Source: Balanoglossus misakiensis (lineage: Eukaryota > Animalia > Hemichordata). From it: a DNA stretch of 64,000 nucleotides. The translations under genes and the position numbers were made by a program. Location: contig CM082585.2 in NCBI GenBank assembly GCA_040954595.2, positions 11,327,451 to 11,391,450 of the forward strand, read 5' to 3'. The notes below the pieces were generated by a model. That model saw only the letters and a program-made list of their open reading frames with translations. It had not been told where the DNA came from and ran no database searches. This document shows, in pieces, positions 50,421 through 64,000 of the stretch (position 1 is its first letter; every line of letters begins with the position of its first letter).

Positions 50421-53400
50421 ATTCGCAGGGTGACATTAACAACGCAGTTTCCCTGCTTATAACTGACGCACAACACACCACAGAGTATTGAAAGACATCA
50501 TCATTGTGGGTTTTTTTTTATTCTGCCCAGAACGATCAAGGATGAAGATCCAATTTCTTTTTTCCTCGTTTATTATTGCAACTTTTAGCCTCGAAGTGCA
50601 ATGACCCGCCTTGAAATTAGGGGCAGCGTCGGAAAAGAAACTGTCGCTTGCCTGCAGTTGCCGGTAAACAGAACCTCTGCATGGTAGTTAATTATTTTGG
50701 AATGCGTTAATAAGCGTTATTTTGCTGACCCAAGTGTTTCTATTGGTGTGACGCGATCGTTGGAAGATAGCGGGGGAAGAGAGAGCGAGGTCTCCCGCCG
50801 GTGTAGCTTCCAGCAATACCCGACATCACAATTGAGAACCCAACATCGGTGAAATCAGACGCCTAGTCGACTTTCATTAGGAGCGAAAACCGGAGCGTGC
50901 GTCTCGCCTTTCAAAAGCTTAAAATGACTCGAAAATGATGGCTTGATGCGCTCTCTCCTCCCAGCGATGTGACATTTTAAGCGACTTGTCTCGGCTCTAC
51001 TTTCTACGCCGGCGGGGAAAATAAGAAACTTAAAACGAACTTGTTTTTCGAGCACAAAGGCTTGCATTTATACACGGGCAGATAGGGTTGCGCTCAGTTT
51101 TGTTTTATTATCATTTCCAATGCATGTTCTGGCGGTTCTGGGGAATCCCGGTGGAGCACATAAACGTCGACTCGTAGAATATTTTAGGTGCTCGTTGAAG
51201 GTGTGTTTTCCCAATGACACCGCACACCTACTTAGACCGTGGTATCTTTGCAGGCTGCCAGACCAAAACAGCGTAGCGTTGGGCACGTACGGTACATACA
51301 CGCACACCTAAAACGCCGCATACAGCCTTTGTAAATATTAGCAGACGTGTAGTTACTAGGGCAACAAGTGTTTGAACGTACGAAGGTGTGTTTGGAGAAG
51401 TTGAGTAGAGCGTCAAATGTCGCTCGGTGTCCCGGACCATGTGGTGTTACGAGGGGCGTGTTCTTGTTTTAGCCAGCGGAGCTTTCCACGCGCGCGGTCA
51501 AGCTTGCACAGTTTCAGCGGCGGCAGCCATCCCACCTGGACTCACGCATCGATCTACTTCCCCCCCCCCCCCCCCCCTCGGTCATACCTGGAATTCTTCT
51601 AGAGGCTATAGCCGTTGCGGCGAAGTCATGATGTCCGGAAACCCGAAGCAAGGGTCAACACACAGACACCAAAACCTGGCCGATTCTAGTCAAATGACAA
51701 ACTGAGCAACGGAAACTAGAACGTTCGTGTAACGGCTATGGGGTGATCAGACAAGAGTATACAACGCGCCAACAGGGTTATCTCTCGCCACTCTTAGAAA
51801 TAAATATAACTGATGATCATTGTCTGCCAATTGAACACCGGGATATAACTAGATTATTTATATCTGTCTTTCTACTCCAAACAATGGCATCTTTCAAAAA
51901 AAGGCATTGTCGGGCAGTGTATCAGCCGAACCGCTTGTTTCTTTTGTTGGTATTATAAATTTTAACCTGTACACAATACACAACTGGCTATTTAATCACT
52001 GTCTGGGTCGCCGGTTGCATTATGTTTATTTCATTGAAATATGACAACCTTATTCAGCATGGAGAGTATATATAGGGCATATATTTTTTTGTACAGATAC
52101 TGCCCTTCCAAGTTTTTGTTTATGAGATTTTGAGTAAAATCCACTCTACGAAACGTACGTGTTTGTTGAATGGAGGCTCGTCGGTTATCTAGCGGTGGAT
52201 ATTTTCGCAGAATGAAAACATTGCACCCTCGCCAGTCACGAGGCGGTTGTCAAAACTAGCCGCAATGTCACGTTTTGCCGCCCGATAATAACCAGAGCCG
52301 TACCTGACTTAATCAAAGAAGGCGAGCGAGAGCCCATTAGAGTAAGGAAAACTCGCATCTCTCAGACACAGGTCAAGACCCCACACATATCGTGCAACTG
52401 AAAAACCGACTGACGCGACTCAGTGTTTACCGCTTTACGTGCTCGGATCTCGAGTTCGAGGTTTCTTGTTGGTGGTGTGAAGGGGCCCTTAACAAGAGCA
52501 CGGCATCTTCTGAAGCTGTAGAGGAACACAGAGCTGTGTGAGTCGTCACTTCTCTGAACCGCGCCGACCTGTCAAAGCGAGGGTTTTGTGTTGTCGTCCC
52601 TCCTTCCGAGAAATGGCAGTCCCTAGTCTTCGCTGAAAGAAAGAACGTGCCGGCGAACGAGAGAGGGGAAAGTAGGGCAGACAGACAGATAGCAAACGAA
52701 AGAGGTGGAATAGACACACAGACGAAGAATGATGATCGATTTCAGTTATTGCAATACTGTTTATTGCCGTTAAAAATAGATTGATATGAAGCTACAAGCA
52801 CGCCACATTAAATTAATTAAACTATCTATCACTCATCTCGAAATGAGCGACTACTCGCCGGTGTTACAAATTGACCGCCTGTACTGTCGGCACATACAGT
52901 TGATTTCCCAGGGCACGGCTGCTCGCTAACAGAGACGGGGATCCTCGTGGTCTTCACACGTTCTTTTCTACCTCCCCCGCTCGCACGTTGCCCGACATCG
53001 ACTTTATTACTCCCGTGATTGGCGTGATAAGTAATAGGACCTGATATTCAAACAGAAAGCGAATAGCCCACCCAATCGCAGCTGATACACCACGCTATGC
53101 GTAACACGGTAGCTGCAATTGACTTGACCTTTGACCCCTACCCACTCAGGCTGTGTCATTATATGCAGGTGTGCGCATTGTCAGCGCTATTTACGTAATC
53201 ACACCGCTGGGCGAACATACTATACACGCTCTCAGTGCAAATACAGTACGGCGTATCTCTCGGCTTTCAATCTTCAAACGGTGACCCCATCATTTGAAGA
53301 AAGCGGAGGCGATCTAGAACGAAAAAAGAAAACAACAAAACTTGAGATCGAGTGCAAGTCACAGGATGATACCGACGATTCTTTTTTTTCAATTGTAAAT

Positions 53401-56400
53401 GTAACACTGTAACCGGAGAAGCCACAATATTGTCTCCGTCCCTTCAGCCTGGCATGACACATGGCAGGCTTCAAAAGCGGGCACCCAGGCAATATTCACA
53501 CGGCAACCATATTCTTTCGTCATCCTCATAACCTACATATACATGTACATGAGTAGGAAATAAATTTCATCGGACCGGACCGGGTCTTTGTGGTTCCAAC
53601 TTGGCCCTTCCAGTTGAGTGCTGTTATTAAACTTAACTGAGCGAGACAGATAATATGACGTCGTTCGCAAGGGAGAGCTACTCGTGAATCAACACCCAAC
53701 CAGTCACAAATAAACAGATAAACAAAACAAGTTGGTCACTGATGCAATTCTATTAATTTTCCCCATTTGAGTGGAACAAATTCCCGTTGTTCCCCAAAGC
53801 CCCGTGTTTTTACTGACAGACAAGAGATATCTATTCTGGGGAACCAGATTAAAACTATAGGCTTAGCTTAGGGTGTTTACGCTGCTCCGGCAGATGAATC
53901 AATACTGATTATAGCACACTAGTAATTCCGACCTCCGCTGCAAATTGTGACTGTACCATCAACATTGCAAACTCCCTGAAAAAAAATGACCTTCATCCCA
54001 AAATAACGATTCCGACCACAGTGGGGTTTTTCGCGTTTTTGCGTGTACTTGACACTTCACAGAACTGCGCCGCCCTGTAAACTATTCACCATTGTAATGG
54101 TGCATTATAAAGTTTGATATCCCGGACCGTCGTTTTGAAAAGCGTTTCAGAAAAAAAAAACGTGTGCGGACATGAAGTAGTCGACAATTAGCTTTACCCG
54201 CGATGAATAAGTAATGAAATAGGAAAACAATTGGAATGGTGAAACTAATATTGTTAAGGCATATTTGCCAACTATCGTGTATGTAAAATGACTGGGCGGA
54301 ATTTCTGCTCAGGTATCGTTTCAAATTCGAATTTCACCTGCCTGTTATACCAGTAGAAATAGAGAACAAATTTACGATCTCAGTCTGGTAACACGAGCCG
54401 AAAAACATGAATAAATAACTAATATTAATGGATTTCAAATTAAAAGACTACATCCTATATCTCAATTTGATATTTATTCATGATCAGATCGAGTGAACGT
54501 TCTCTGTTGACAAATTTTGTTTAATTCTTAAACTCCAGAAGCACTAATTTGCACACACGCACTCGAAAAAAGCAGGGGTGTTTACACGCACAGGCCATTT
54601 TCCACTCCAAAGCCATTATTTTGAAAACTACCAGCGCCAAGCCCGTAAGAATGCTTGCCTCCCGGCCATTTTGGTCTTCATTTGCATACATCACAAAGTA
54701 CGGCTGGTTAGGCAGGCATACGATGGCCTCTAAGCCAAAAGTGTAATTAACTGGAATTCGGAAAAAGCACTCAGGGTGTATTTTTGGTATGGAAACTATG
54801 ACAGGGGCCCGGAGAAGTAACTGAAAATCCTCAACCGGTGTGTATGTGTGTTACGCCGTTACAAATAAAAAGCTAACGCGTCCTGTCCATGAAAAACACT
54901 TTGTCATCGCCTTACTCATGACAAATTACTTTTTTATCTTTAGGAGGAGGCGGTGTGGCGTGGGCGACGTGGCGATGACAATCTGAATCATACAACGAAT
55001 AAGCTCACGACTTGACTGCATTTAGGTGTTTCGCCGCCGACACAGGAACAATAGGAAAACAGGCGTGTATGCAGTCGCGACCGCAACATGTACACCAGGT
55101 GTCAATGTAGCCACTGGGACGACCAGGTGCAACTTTGACTTTATAGGGTTAGGGATTTTTAGTGGGGCAACTTCGGTTTCTGCTTTCGGTCTCTGCTTGT
55201 TGGATTTTAACGCGCATTCCACTGCATGTCGGATCACACTATTAATCCTGTCATGCAAATCCGACTGAAGGTTCCCGGACTTTGCTTACGTAACGTCATT
55301 TGGGTGATCAACTTTAAGCCTCTCCAAAATTTATGCAGATCGCCTCCGCTTGTCACCAACTTTCCCTTTCACAACTTTTAAATTCCGCGTGGCGCACCTT
55401 GCTGACAGGCCTACCGCGTAAAGTTGTTCGCTAACGGAAATAAATTAGGTTCATCGGAAGGGAAAGCCGGTTCACTGAACGAAAACTGTACTAGTGGTGG
55501 ATTTGTTTTGCTTTTTTTACTCGCCGGGTTTTTGTGGGTGCCGAGCCAAGTGGAGGCCCATCACTCACATGTTTTCTTCGCTTCAGTAGCGTCTGCATAT
55601 GCCGCTGCGTGCTGAACTGTCCGGTGGAGGGAAATGGAGCAGGATCGATCTAGCTTGAGCAAATGACCTCAGGCTAGGCGGCATCTACTCTCCACTACAA
55701 ACGCGGCAATGGAGACTTACACGAGCGCGTGAACTGTAATACCGACCACTAAAAAACCGCCCCTCCGCTATGAAGACAAGAAAAACACCTGGTTCGCCAA
55801 GCGCTATTAATTCACACTTTTCAAAAAATACCAGCGGAGATGAGATTCGGTGAAGTTCACATTCTGGGGCTACTAAGTGCTGCCTGTATTACGCAGACGG
55901 ACCCCACTGACTGGCCAGCATTATATACCCATTAACTGAGAGCATTGCGTGTGTGTTTTCGTTGAGCAAACTTCATGCGATCGATTGGTGTCGAGCGCGT
56001 TTTGAAGTAAGCCGACACAATTTCCTTCGCTATGTTATTTTGTATGTTAGCAAACAGACGTTCAGAAATTGTTTTTACCCCGCCATTTTGTATGCATTCG
56101 CTCACCTTGGACGGGAAGTAACGCAAAAACATCAGAATAACTGTTTTTATAGTAATAATAATAAAATAATGAGAATTGGGGAGACAACATACACGCATGT
56201 TATACACACAATGGCGATAAGTTTTACCACGTTTGAAATTTTCCGACACTACAAATACTAATGTTTTGATAGAGCTTGATTGCATGGCAGATAGTTTTTT
56301 TGGTCTCATACACCCTCCACAAATTCTCAGCAAAGTGCCATTTCACCGTGTTTTCCACCATTAACAGAACAACGGTCGATATCCCCAAACAAGTGCCCAT

Positions 56401-57497
56401 CTCTTTGAATGGGTCCAATAATGCATTAATATCGGATAGGTTGTAACTATTTAAATATTAAATGAGCCAGATCGTCAATAAATTCCTCTTTGTGGTGAAA
56501 TTCGATAAAAACAATCGCACATCTCTCCGGACCTGTTTCCCGTTTCGAACTCACGGAAGCGACGTGTGACCCAATATTTACTCCTAGTATGGTCGAAAAC
56601 GATGCTGGTTGTCGACGATTTGAGAACCCGTTTCATGACACAGAAACAACTAGGACATTGAAACCCGATTATTCATGACTGAGTGAAATACCTATTACCA
56701 GGTGCTATTGCAGTTTAGTCCTTTAGCCAGTACCTTTCCAGAGAAAATATATCGGAGAACTCTGTCTGGTGGTAAAACGTAACTTCAAACTTTTGCTATA
56801 AAGCCCTATGCAGGAATTACAACACCGATAACATCTTGCATTTGTGGAGTGGGCAAGTTCAAATCGCGTACATAATTCGAGTGTTCCCAAGGGCGGACGC
56901 ATAACTCCACTTTAATCAGAGGGCAGTGGGGCAGTGCGCGTCGATGGGATAGAAGTGCCAGCTTCGGGGATGGAATTAACAAACGAATTAAAGAAAATCC
57001 AAAATACTTATGCCAATCCGTGCTCCCTTTGTTGGCCGGGGACAACTTTTGAGGCCGCCGCGATCAGCGGAGTGCCTCTTCCGCGGCTAAAGACATTTAA
57101 AGTTGGCGCTTGTGAGAAGAGAGACCCCTCGATATTATTCACCCTCATATAATCTGCATTGTGAGAATTCGTTTGTAGTGATTTTCACACTCGTTCAAAG
57201 TAGCTATTGAGTTTTATGCGGGCTTATAATGGACTGCCCTTTCTGATTGTCCCCTATTATTTACCGTATGCAAATTGCGCCCTGTTGCTTTCCCTTGCAA
57301 AAAAATCGGGAGGATGACCCAAAAAAGTTCCAAGTCTGTCTTAATGAGGCATACTTTGTCTTATCGGAGCAAATCTGCCCAAAATTCCGTGCTAACACCA
57401 TCTCAATGCCTCCCAACTAGAACAATACTCAGCAATTTTTCCGCTTGAATAGTCGTGGGAGTTTACCCCCCCCCCCCCCTCCCTGCACTCACTAAAC

Positions 57498-57560
57498 CCA
57501 ATGACGTCACAAGATCGAAAGTGCAAATCTATAAATAAGTAACATCGGTCCGAATCAGTC
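57498..57560 (+). promoter_or_regulatory. Candidate Pol II core promoter (CCAAT + CRE + TATA + Inr-like)
   Basis: CCAAT 57498-57502 overlapping TGACGTCA 57502-57509; TATAAAT at 57530; TCAGT at 57555-57559. Motifs only; no downstream gene identified. Confidence 0.3.
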
Positions 57561-59640
57561 GTGAGTGTGTTTCGGCAATGTTGTTTGCGACTGAACCAGA
57601 CTGTTTGTGGTCGGATAGTTGCTACCGGTACACCTGGTAAGAGCGCTATTGGAACGCGGTGCCAGTTTTTTTTTCTCGCCTACCAACTTGCCAGTAATGA
57701 GCTTTTCGCTTTCCATTGTGTTGAAGAACCGCCAATACAAGTCTGTGTATGGATCCGGTAGAGGTTGTAGGGGCCACGGCAAAAGAAAACTAATTAGTGC
57801 CTCTGTACGTCAGCATTTGGGGGCGGGAAACTGGGCGGGGCCAAGTTTCTACAGCTTAGTGGGCGATAATTACCGATTTCCAAAACCCCATATCGCCAAT
57901 TTTCTCCCAACTTGAGCATTTTTGTGAATTATTCATGACATTCCAGTGAAGCTTTCTAATTGCGCTACCTTGGACGGTTCCCAACACAACAGACAGACAT
58001 CGCCCCAAAATAAAATCCTTGTACCAAGGTAGACTCCTCCCAAGCTGTTTGTAACCTCTCTGCGATCAATCCCACGACCAGCGTCTTTTCATCTGCTGTT
58101 GTTCCCAACACAAAGCATTTCTCCTATCCCCTCTGAGATTGAAAATACTTTCATATAAAGGTGCGGCTCTCCCTTAAAAGGCCAAAACAATAAAGCGAGG
58201 AAACCCTGGACGCAGAAAAAACCACTGTCAGCCATAAACCCGATAAAAGTTTTCGATTGATTAAACTCCGTTCTTCTGGCTACCTGTTTTACGCAGTGGC
58301 TTTTTTTTAACCGGCCCAAACTGGAGCTCTGTTTTATTCCATAAAGAGCTAAAACGGAAGTGAAGCTATACTCTTATGGGGTTCGCAGAAAACATTCTCT
58401 GTGGACATTGTGACCCTTCTCACCTGGGCCGTAGTGGCGTGGACGCTACGCGGGAAGAAATGTGCCACGACAAAACAAACAGGAGGCGTTTGTTCGCCCG
58501 CTCACTCACACATAGCATTGCAAATAGCCCCGAACGGGCCAAGAATCGACTGCCTTTCTCGAGTTGAACCCACTTTCTTACGTGGATTTGCTTAGTCGTC
58601 TGATATCACGCAAAAAATCGTTCCACTTAACAAGCCTAATTGTGCGCAGACGCGAGCTACATAGCAAATCACAAAAGCGACCAGAAGTGACTTGAAAAGT
58701 AAGAAAGAAATGGAAGAATCGTCTGATGAAAACGACACACGTGTGTTTTTCAGCACATTTGGTTCGGGTAATACCGCCAAATAAAGCAAGTCGTTTATAT
58801 CCGCAAAAACCGCAGCGGACCATTGTGTCTAAGTGTTGAAGCCGGCGTTCCTCACAATTCTGCGCATTGTGTGGAGGAGACTGCCCCAGTAATTCTCCTT
58901 TCAGACACCGTTCCAAAAGTAAATACCGGCCACGTCGGGTTCTTCCTATATTCAACACTTGTACGCATTATCTTGAGACAGATTGTACGTATACCATTAT
59001 AAGGAGGAGAATGAAGAAGAAAACAACAACAACAGCATCTAAGAAAGCATTGTGATTAGACAAAACAAATCGCCCGCCTTTAGTACGCAGTTATTGTGAC
59101 CGGCAGAAAGAAACAAACTCAACAACGTGAATCAAGATAAAAAGTTTCGTCCCACTACAGTAACTTTTTACAAGTGGCGCGCGCGCGCAAAGGGCTTAGT
59201 ATATACAGAACCAATGACGCTACAGATATATTCCTTGGCAATTCCGTGACAGCGAACGCGTGACATGACGTCACGTTTTTCGGGGGAAAGGGTGTCATTT
59301 TGTGTTCAAGTGACCTGAAATCAGAATCCCGAACTCAATATATCTGTCGGTCTTGGTTATAACCATATACCAAACACAGGTCCCTGTGTACCCGGGGAAA
59401 CATATTAACACCACCCACACCGATGTTAGTGTCTGCATGTACGAGAACTTTGAATGTCAGATTCTAGAAAATCTATGAACCGAGAAAAGTTATAAATTAA
59501 GAGAAAACACCGGGTGGTTACCAGGCAACCAATCAACCCCGGAGCGACACCTGAACGTTATCAAGGAGCATAAAGTTTCTATGACTTAGAAAACATCAGC
59601 AGAACTGATAAAGTATTGATAAAACCAATGAAAGTAGTAT

Positions 59641-59783
59641 TTCCAGACCAGTACAACATGAGACAGCACGGCTTCCAAGCGCGGCTTCCAGACCAGTACA
59701 ACGTGAGACGGTACAGCTTCTAGGCGCGGCTTCCAGACAAGTACAACATGAGACAGCACAGTTTTTAGACGCGACTTTCAGAC
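59641..59783. repeat. 45-bp minisatellite, ~3.2 copies
   Basis: Unit TTCCAGACCAGTACAACATGAGACAGCACGGCTTCCAAGCGCGGC starting at 59641, 59686 and 59731, with a partial copy at 59776. Confidence 0.9.
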
Positions 59784-62700
59784 ACGGTTTCCCACAACGG
59801 CTTTCAAGCCGGTTAGAACGGAACGGAACACAACTCAACTCACACTGGCCAGTTCAATTAACAGCTACGCCGCAACGTGGCAACGTGCAGGCTTTTACAT
59901 GAGTAAAAAATAATTAATTCATCACACCTGGCCATGGTCACAATATTCAAATAACGAAAGTAAACGAAAAACACACCTGGTCACGAAAACAATAGAAAAC
60001 TTCTCCTACGTAACAATATGACTCCAATTGAATGAAGAAAACAGAAGTTAGAAGATAAAACTTCAAATTCCGAAACATACACGAAGTTGGCATTGAGGGA
60101 AGGTCGGCCACACAGAAGCAAATAATGCATGTTATTTGGTTGGCACTGAAGAGTGTCTTTTACCATCAAAGTATACAGTAGTTGTAGAAAATTCGTACGC
60201 GATGATTCTGACATGGTGTTGTTCATCCGGGTGTAATTTTTTAAGTTTCTGCTCGTTGACGCAAATTTCACGGCTAATGTTTCGCTATCTCAAGCGTTAT
60301 CACAAACTCGTGCTTCCAAATTTGAATGAAAATATTCTTCTTTCGCGCGCATACGGTGGCATTATGATTCAGAGCATGCCCATCGCTGTTACATATTTGT
60401 TTTATTGAAAGCTACGAATTAATAATAGACCAATTAGCGTATTCTATTAATATATTTTTGGCCATTTGCGAATTATTATCATTCTGCTATTCTGGTAGAA
60501 TTCTGATATTTTATGAGCTCTGAGTAACAGATTCTTTAGTCAAACAAAAAAGATGAACTCGAAAGCAGGAAGCGCTTTTCTTTAAATTCGTTCCGAAACG
60601 CAGACAAAAAGTCTTTTATTCATATCCCTAGACTTTTATATCTGACTATTTGTAAACAATTGTTCCAATAAATATCAGTTGTTGTTGCCTGAATAACGTT
60701 CCATTGCTAAGATTTCTGAACATGAGGGCTTTTTTAATGTTGAAGTTTTGAAAGACTTCAAATGAAAAAAACGGGCTGGCAGTTTCGTTTATCTAAAGAG
60801 CATGGATTGATGAGAAAAGCGGGCACTATCTGTTCGTGGGAAAGCGGTTCTTGTTTTTTGCTGACGGTTCAACGACAGTTTCGATATTTGCACTTTCAGC
60901 TGTTTAAGGGGTGTGGACAGACATGAGTAGAACTCCACATGCGGAAGGGAAAAAAAGGCGGGAGCATATGTGTTTTCCCAGTTAATCCACATCTATCATG
61001 ATTACCAAGCCACAACAGTTGAGAAGGTAGATATCACAGGCCACAGACTAAGATTCGTCAAATCAAAGTGATGATTGGGGCGGGCATATGAGCCCACGGG
61101 CGATGAACAACACGTTTTTAAGAAATGTGGAAAGTGCGAACAATCGCATGATTTGAAGTTGATTGTTAACATTTTTTCACTTACACACCGAAGATTGAAA
61201 GATTTTCACGTAACCTCCTGTCCAAATATCCACTTTTGGTCGTTATTTAAGACGCGGATAAAACTAAGCCAAAACGCCGAAACCCGCCATAAAGGACTTA
61301 GGAAAAAGTGTTTGGGGCAGACGAGACGTTTATTGGTTTTTCTGGTCATAGCTACTCACACGTCAGATCTAGTAATTAGTTGTACGTCGAATCCAGCTGG
61401 CTGAGACGAGTCAGAAAAATCGATTTCTGAATTTGAGTATTTTGTGAGGCGCGTCCTACATGTCATCGATTACCTTCTTCGTGCAATTATAGCCGACAAA
61501 TTTGACATCAAGGCATTTATTCAGTACTGGTGTGACTTATGATTCTAACAGACACTCTCTTTCTGGCCCGCCGGCACCTTATCATCGGTACACTCAGAAA
61601 CCCTCTTTCCTTTCTCTTTTTTGTTCCAGCGGTTGACATGTCCGGCTACTATCAACACGAACACACACCATTTCAAGTGGTGTTGGTCTATGTCGCCTTT
61701 CCTAATATTTGAGTGGTCAACACAGAAACGAACACTTCAGCAACAACAAACTTTTTTTTCTGAAAGAAAAACAGAGAATACTTTTCCCTTTAGAGCTCGC
61801 GCAAACATCTTCATCCCAAGCACCATCGTTGAAGTTATACGGCGAATATCAAATTTCACAACGGAAGCCCCTTTTTGTTTTGCAACAAAATATAAACGTG
61901 GACAACGCGATTTCAATTGTCTGTCCTACGGCAAACTTGGGTTAGGTTTCGAAGCATTCTGAAATCACGGCGGCTTTTTGGGTTCGGTTTGTCTGTGCGA
62001 AAACCGAGAGAAATGGGGAAGTGATGGGTGGATTCGGCGATATTATAAAAACTGGGTGTGGAAGTTGGACAGAAAGACGCGAGAGAAGGATAGCATAATC
62101 GATGGGAGAATCTAATACTGGATGACCGAAAGGGCATCCTTAGTTCGAGCCGAAAGAGGAAGACGGGTAGATATACGGGATTGAAAAGCGACGGATGCGT
62201 TGCCAGAAAGAATGTATGAAGGAAGTGCGCGTTGGAGAGGGGGTGGTAGGTAGAGACAAGACATACAGACAAGACAGGCAGACAGACAGATATTAGATAG
62301 ACAGACAGATGAAAACAAAGTCCAAGGAAGAGATACATGCGCTTGCAGAACATCGCATCGATGTGATGATTAACGGAAGTGAAATATCGAATGCCATACA
62401 ACATTGGACGGGTTACAGATATCGATGAAGCGCTGAAGACCATCGGTGTTTGACAAGTGTGGGTTGTTTGACCGAGGGGCGGAGACAATTCAGTATCGAA
62501 CGGTATGACTAGCGTTTAAATATAATATTCTTTGTCGACATATTAAAGGGAAAAGACGGAGAAGTTTAAATATGAAGACAAATATGACAGTAATTATCGA
62601 CGCCTGTGTGTTTGAACAGTCATGTTTAGCGCACTACCTCGCAAGTAAACAGTCTACATAATAAGACCGGGCGAAAATATTACGTTATGTTTGTCGTCGA

Positions 62701-64000
62701 TTTTGTTTCAAATGTGAAGTCTTCAGCAGTGATGGAAAGTTAATTAAGCGCGTTTGAATGTCCCCGTAACTTGATCTGTGAGTAAACACATATTGCAATG
62801 TGTAACCGGATTTTAAGTAAATACAACACATTGATAGGGATACTTCATTGGAGGGGCATCCCCCCTCTTTTCTGCACCAAGGGGCGGACAGTTGCCAGGA
62901 GCACGGACACGGGTCGACTGGACGTGTGGTAATGTCTTTGTTTTGGGTGTTGTCAGAAGCGACGGTGGAGAAAATGCTCGTTTGTTAAGATACGAAGCAT
63001 TTTCACCGGACCGTTTGCGCTAAAGTGGTGCAGTGGTGAACGATAGGTGCGAATTCTTATGCAATGAGGCATAACGCAGGCCCGTCAACACCGTCACTGA
63101 TAGATTCCCGGCCTCTGCTCTTAAAAACCGGCTCGTTCCAAGACTAGTCGGCTTGAACTCAATAAAGAAAACACTTCCTGCAGTCGAACCAAACCGGCCG
63201 CCCTTTTTTTCACTTGAAATTGGCACTTGGCAATCGAGCATGTGAAACTGACAACCACAGCTCGCAAAAAAATGAAATCCGTGAAACAATTGAATTCCTG
63301 GCGTAAGTGACACTTCGGGGAAGCGAAAATTGACACCGGCACACAGTTGAAAAATGTTTACCTGACGTTACCACCGATACCACTGCAAGCGAAACCGATA
63401 TTCGCGTGTCCGAGATTTTCTCCTTGACACAAGAAAACTTCTCTACAAAATGAAATCCGAGAAACGCATCTTATGTGCGGAGTTTTCCGTTCCTCGGAGA
63501 AACCAGAATGGCTGCTACCGTCGCGTTGAGGGTGTTACGTTACAATGTATGCATCGGTGTAGTCCTATTACAAGCTACATTGAGGTGGCTTCGGCGACAG
63601 AAAAAAATCGCTAACCAGAGCGAGTCATTTTCGACAAATTAAAACGTGGCGATAATGTTTCAGCGGGGAATGCGAGCTGATATTGCTTAAGGTATGAAAA
63701 TTTAAAGAGTTTCTTGTCATGGAAATTAGATCCTTTGAATTAAAAAAATATACAGCCCAAAAGCCCTGAATCTTTGATACCTAAATGTATGACACTGGCG
63801 CTCAACGAATCATCAATTCGAAGGATGAAATATTGCACCGGTTCGTATAGATCAAGCATGATATTGCAGTCATTCATTTTAGAGTATATAGCTTTTTTCT
63901 ATCATCAGTATTCGATGCTGGCTTTATAAGTACCTCTCAAGCTTCGCCTTTCGCGCCAAAAACGTCACCAGTTCAAAGTCACAGACGCGTTTGTTGTATT

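Noticed and set aside
61913-62488. 191-aa minus-strand ORF
   Set aside because: Low-complexity pyrimidine-rich strand with (TCTG)n; no recognisable domain or splice structure.

Overview
Eukaryotic (animal, probably marine invertebrate; taxon is inference only) genomic DNA. Bases 1-6365 are a highly homogeneous satellite array with two abutting subtypes (about 32 x 87 bp, then 40 x 88 bp). It carries what I recognise as a PacBio barcoded-adapter remnant at 172-194. Directly next to it, on the minus strand, are two tandem five-exon paralogues of MPDU1 (Lec35, PQ-loop ER membrane protein): copy A at 6681-8743 is intact (241 aa). In copy B (9639-11613) the 3' half of exon 3 is overwritten by an inverted (fold-back) copy of its own upstream sequence, most likely a consensus artefact. 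The copies differ strongly in CpG content, and B has a 24-bp palindromic insertion with a 7-bp target-site duplication in intron 1. The remaining ~52 kb has no protein-coding exon or RNA gene I can recognise: CpG-rich non-coding DNA with microsatellites, short tandem repeats and many RFX X-box, CRE and CACGTG palindromes. I found no convincing novel multi-gene system; the best leads are the diverged MPDU1 pair, the satellite structure and the palindromic mini-insertion.
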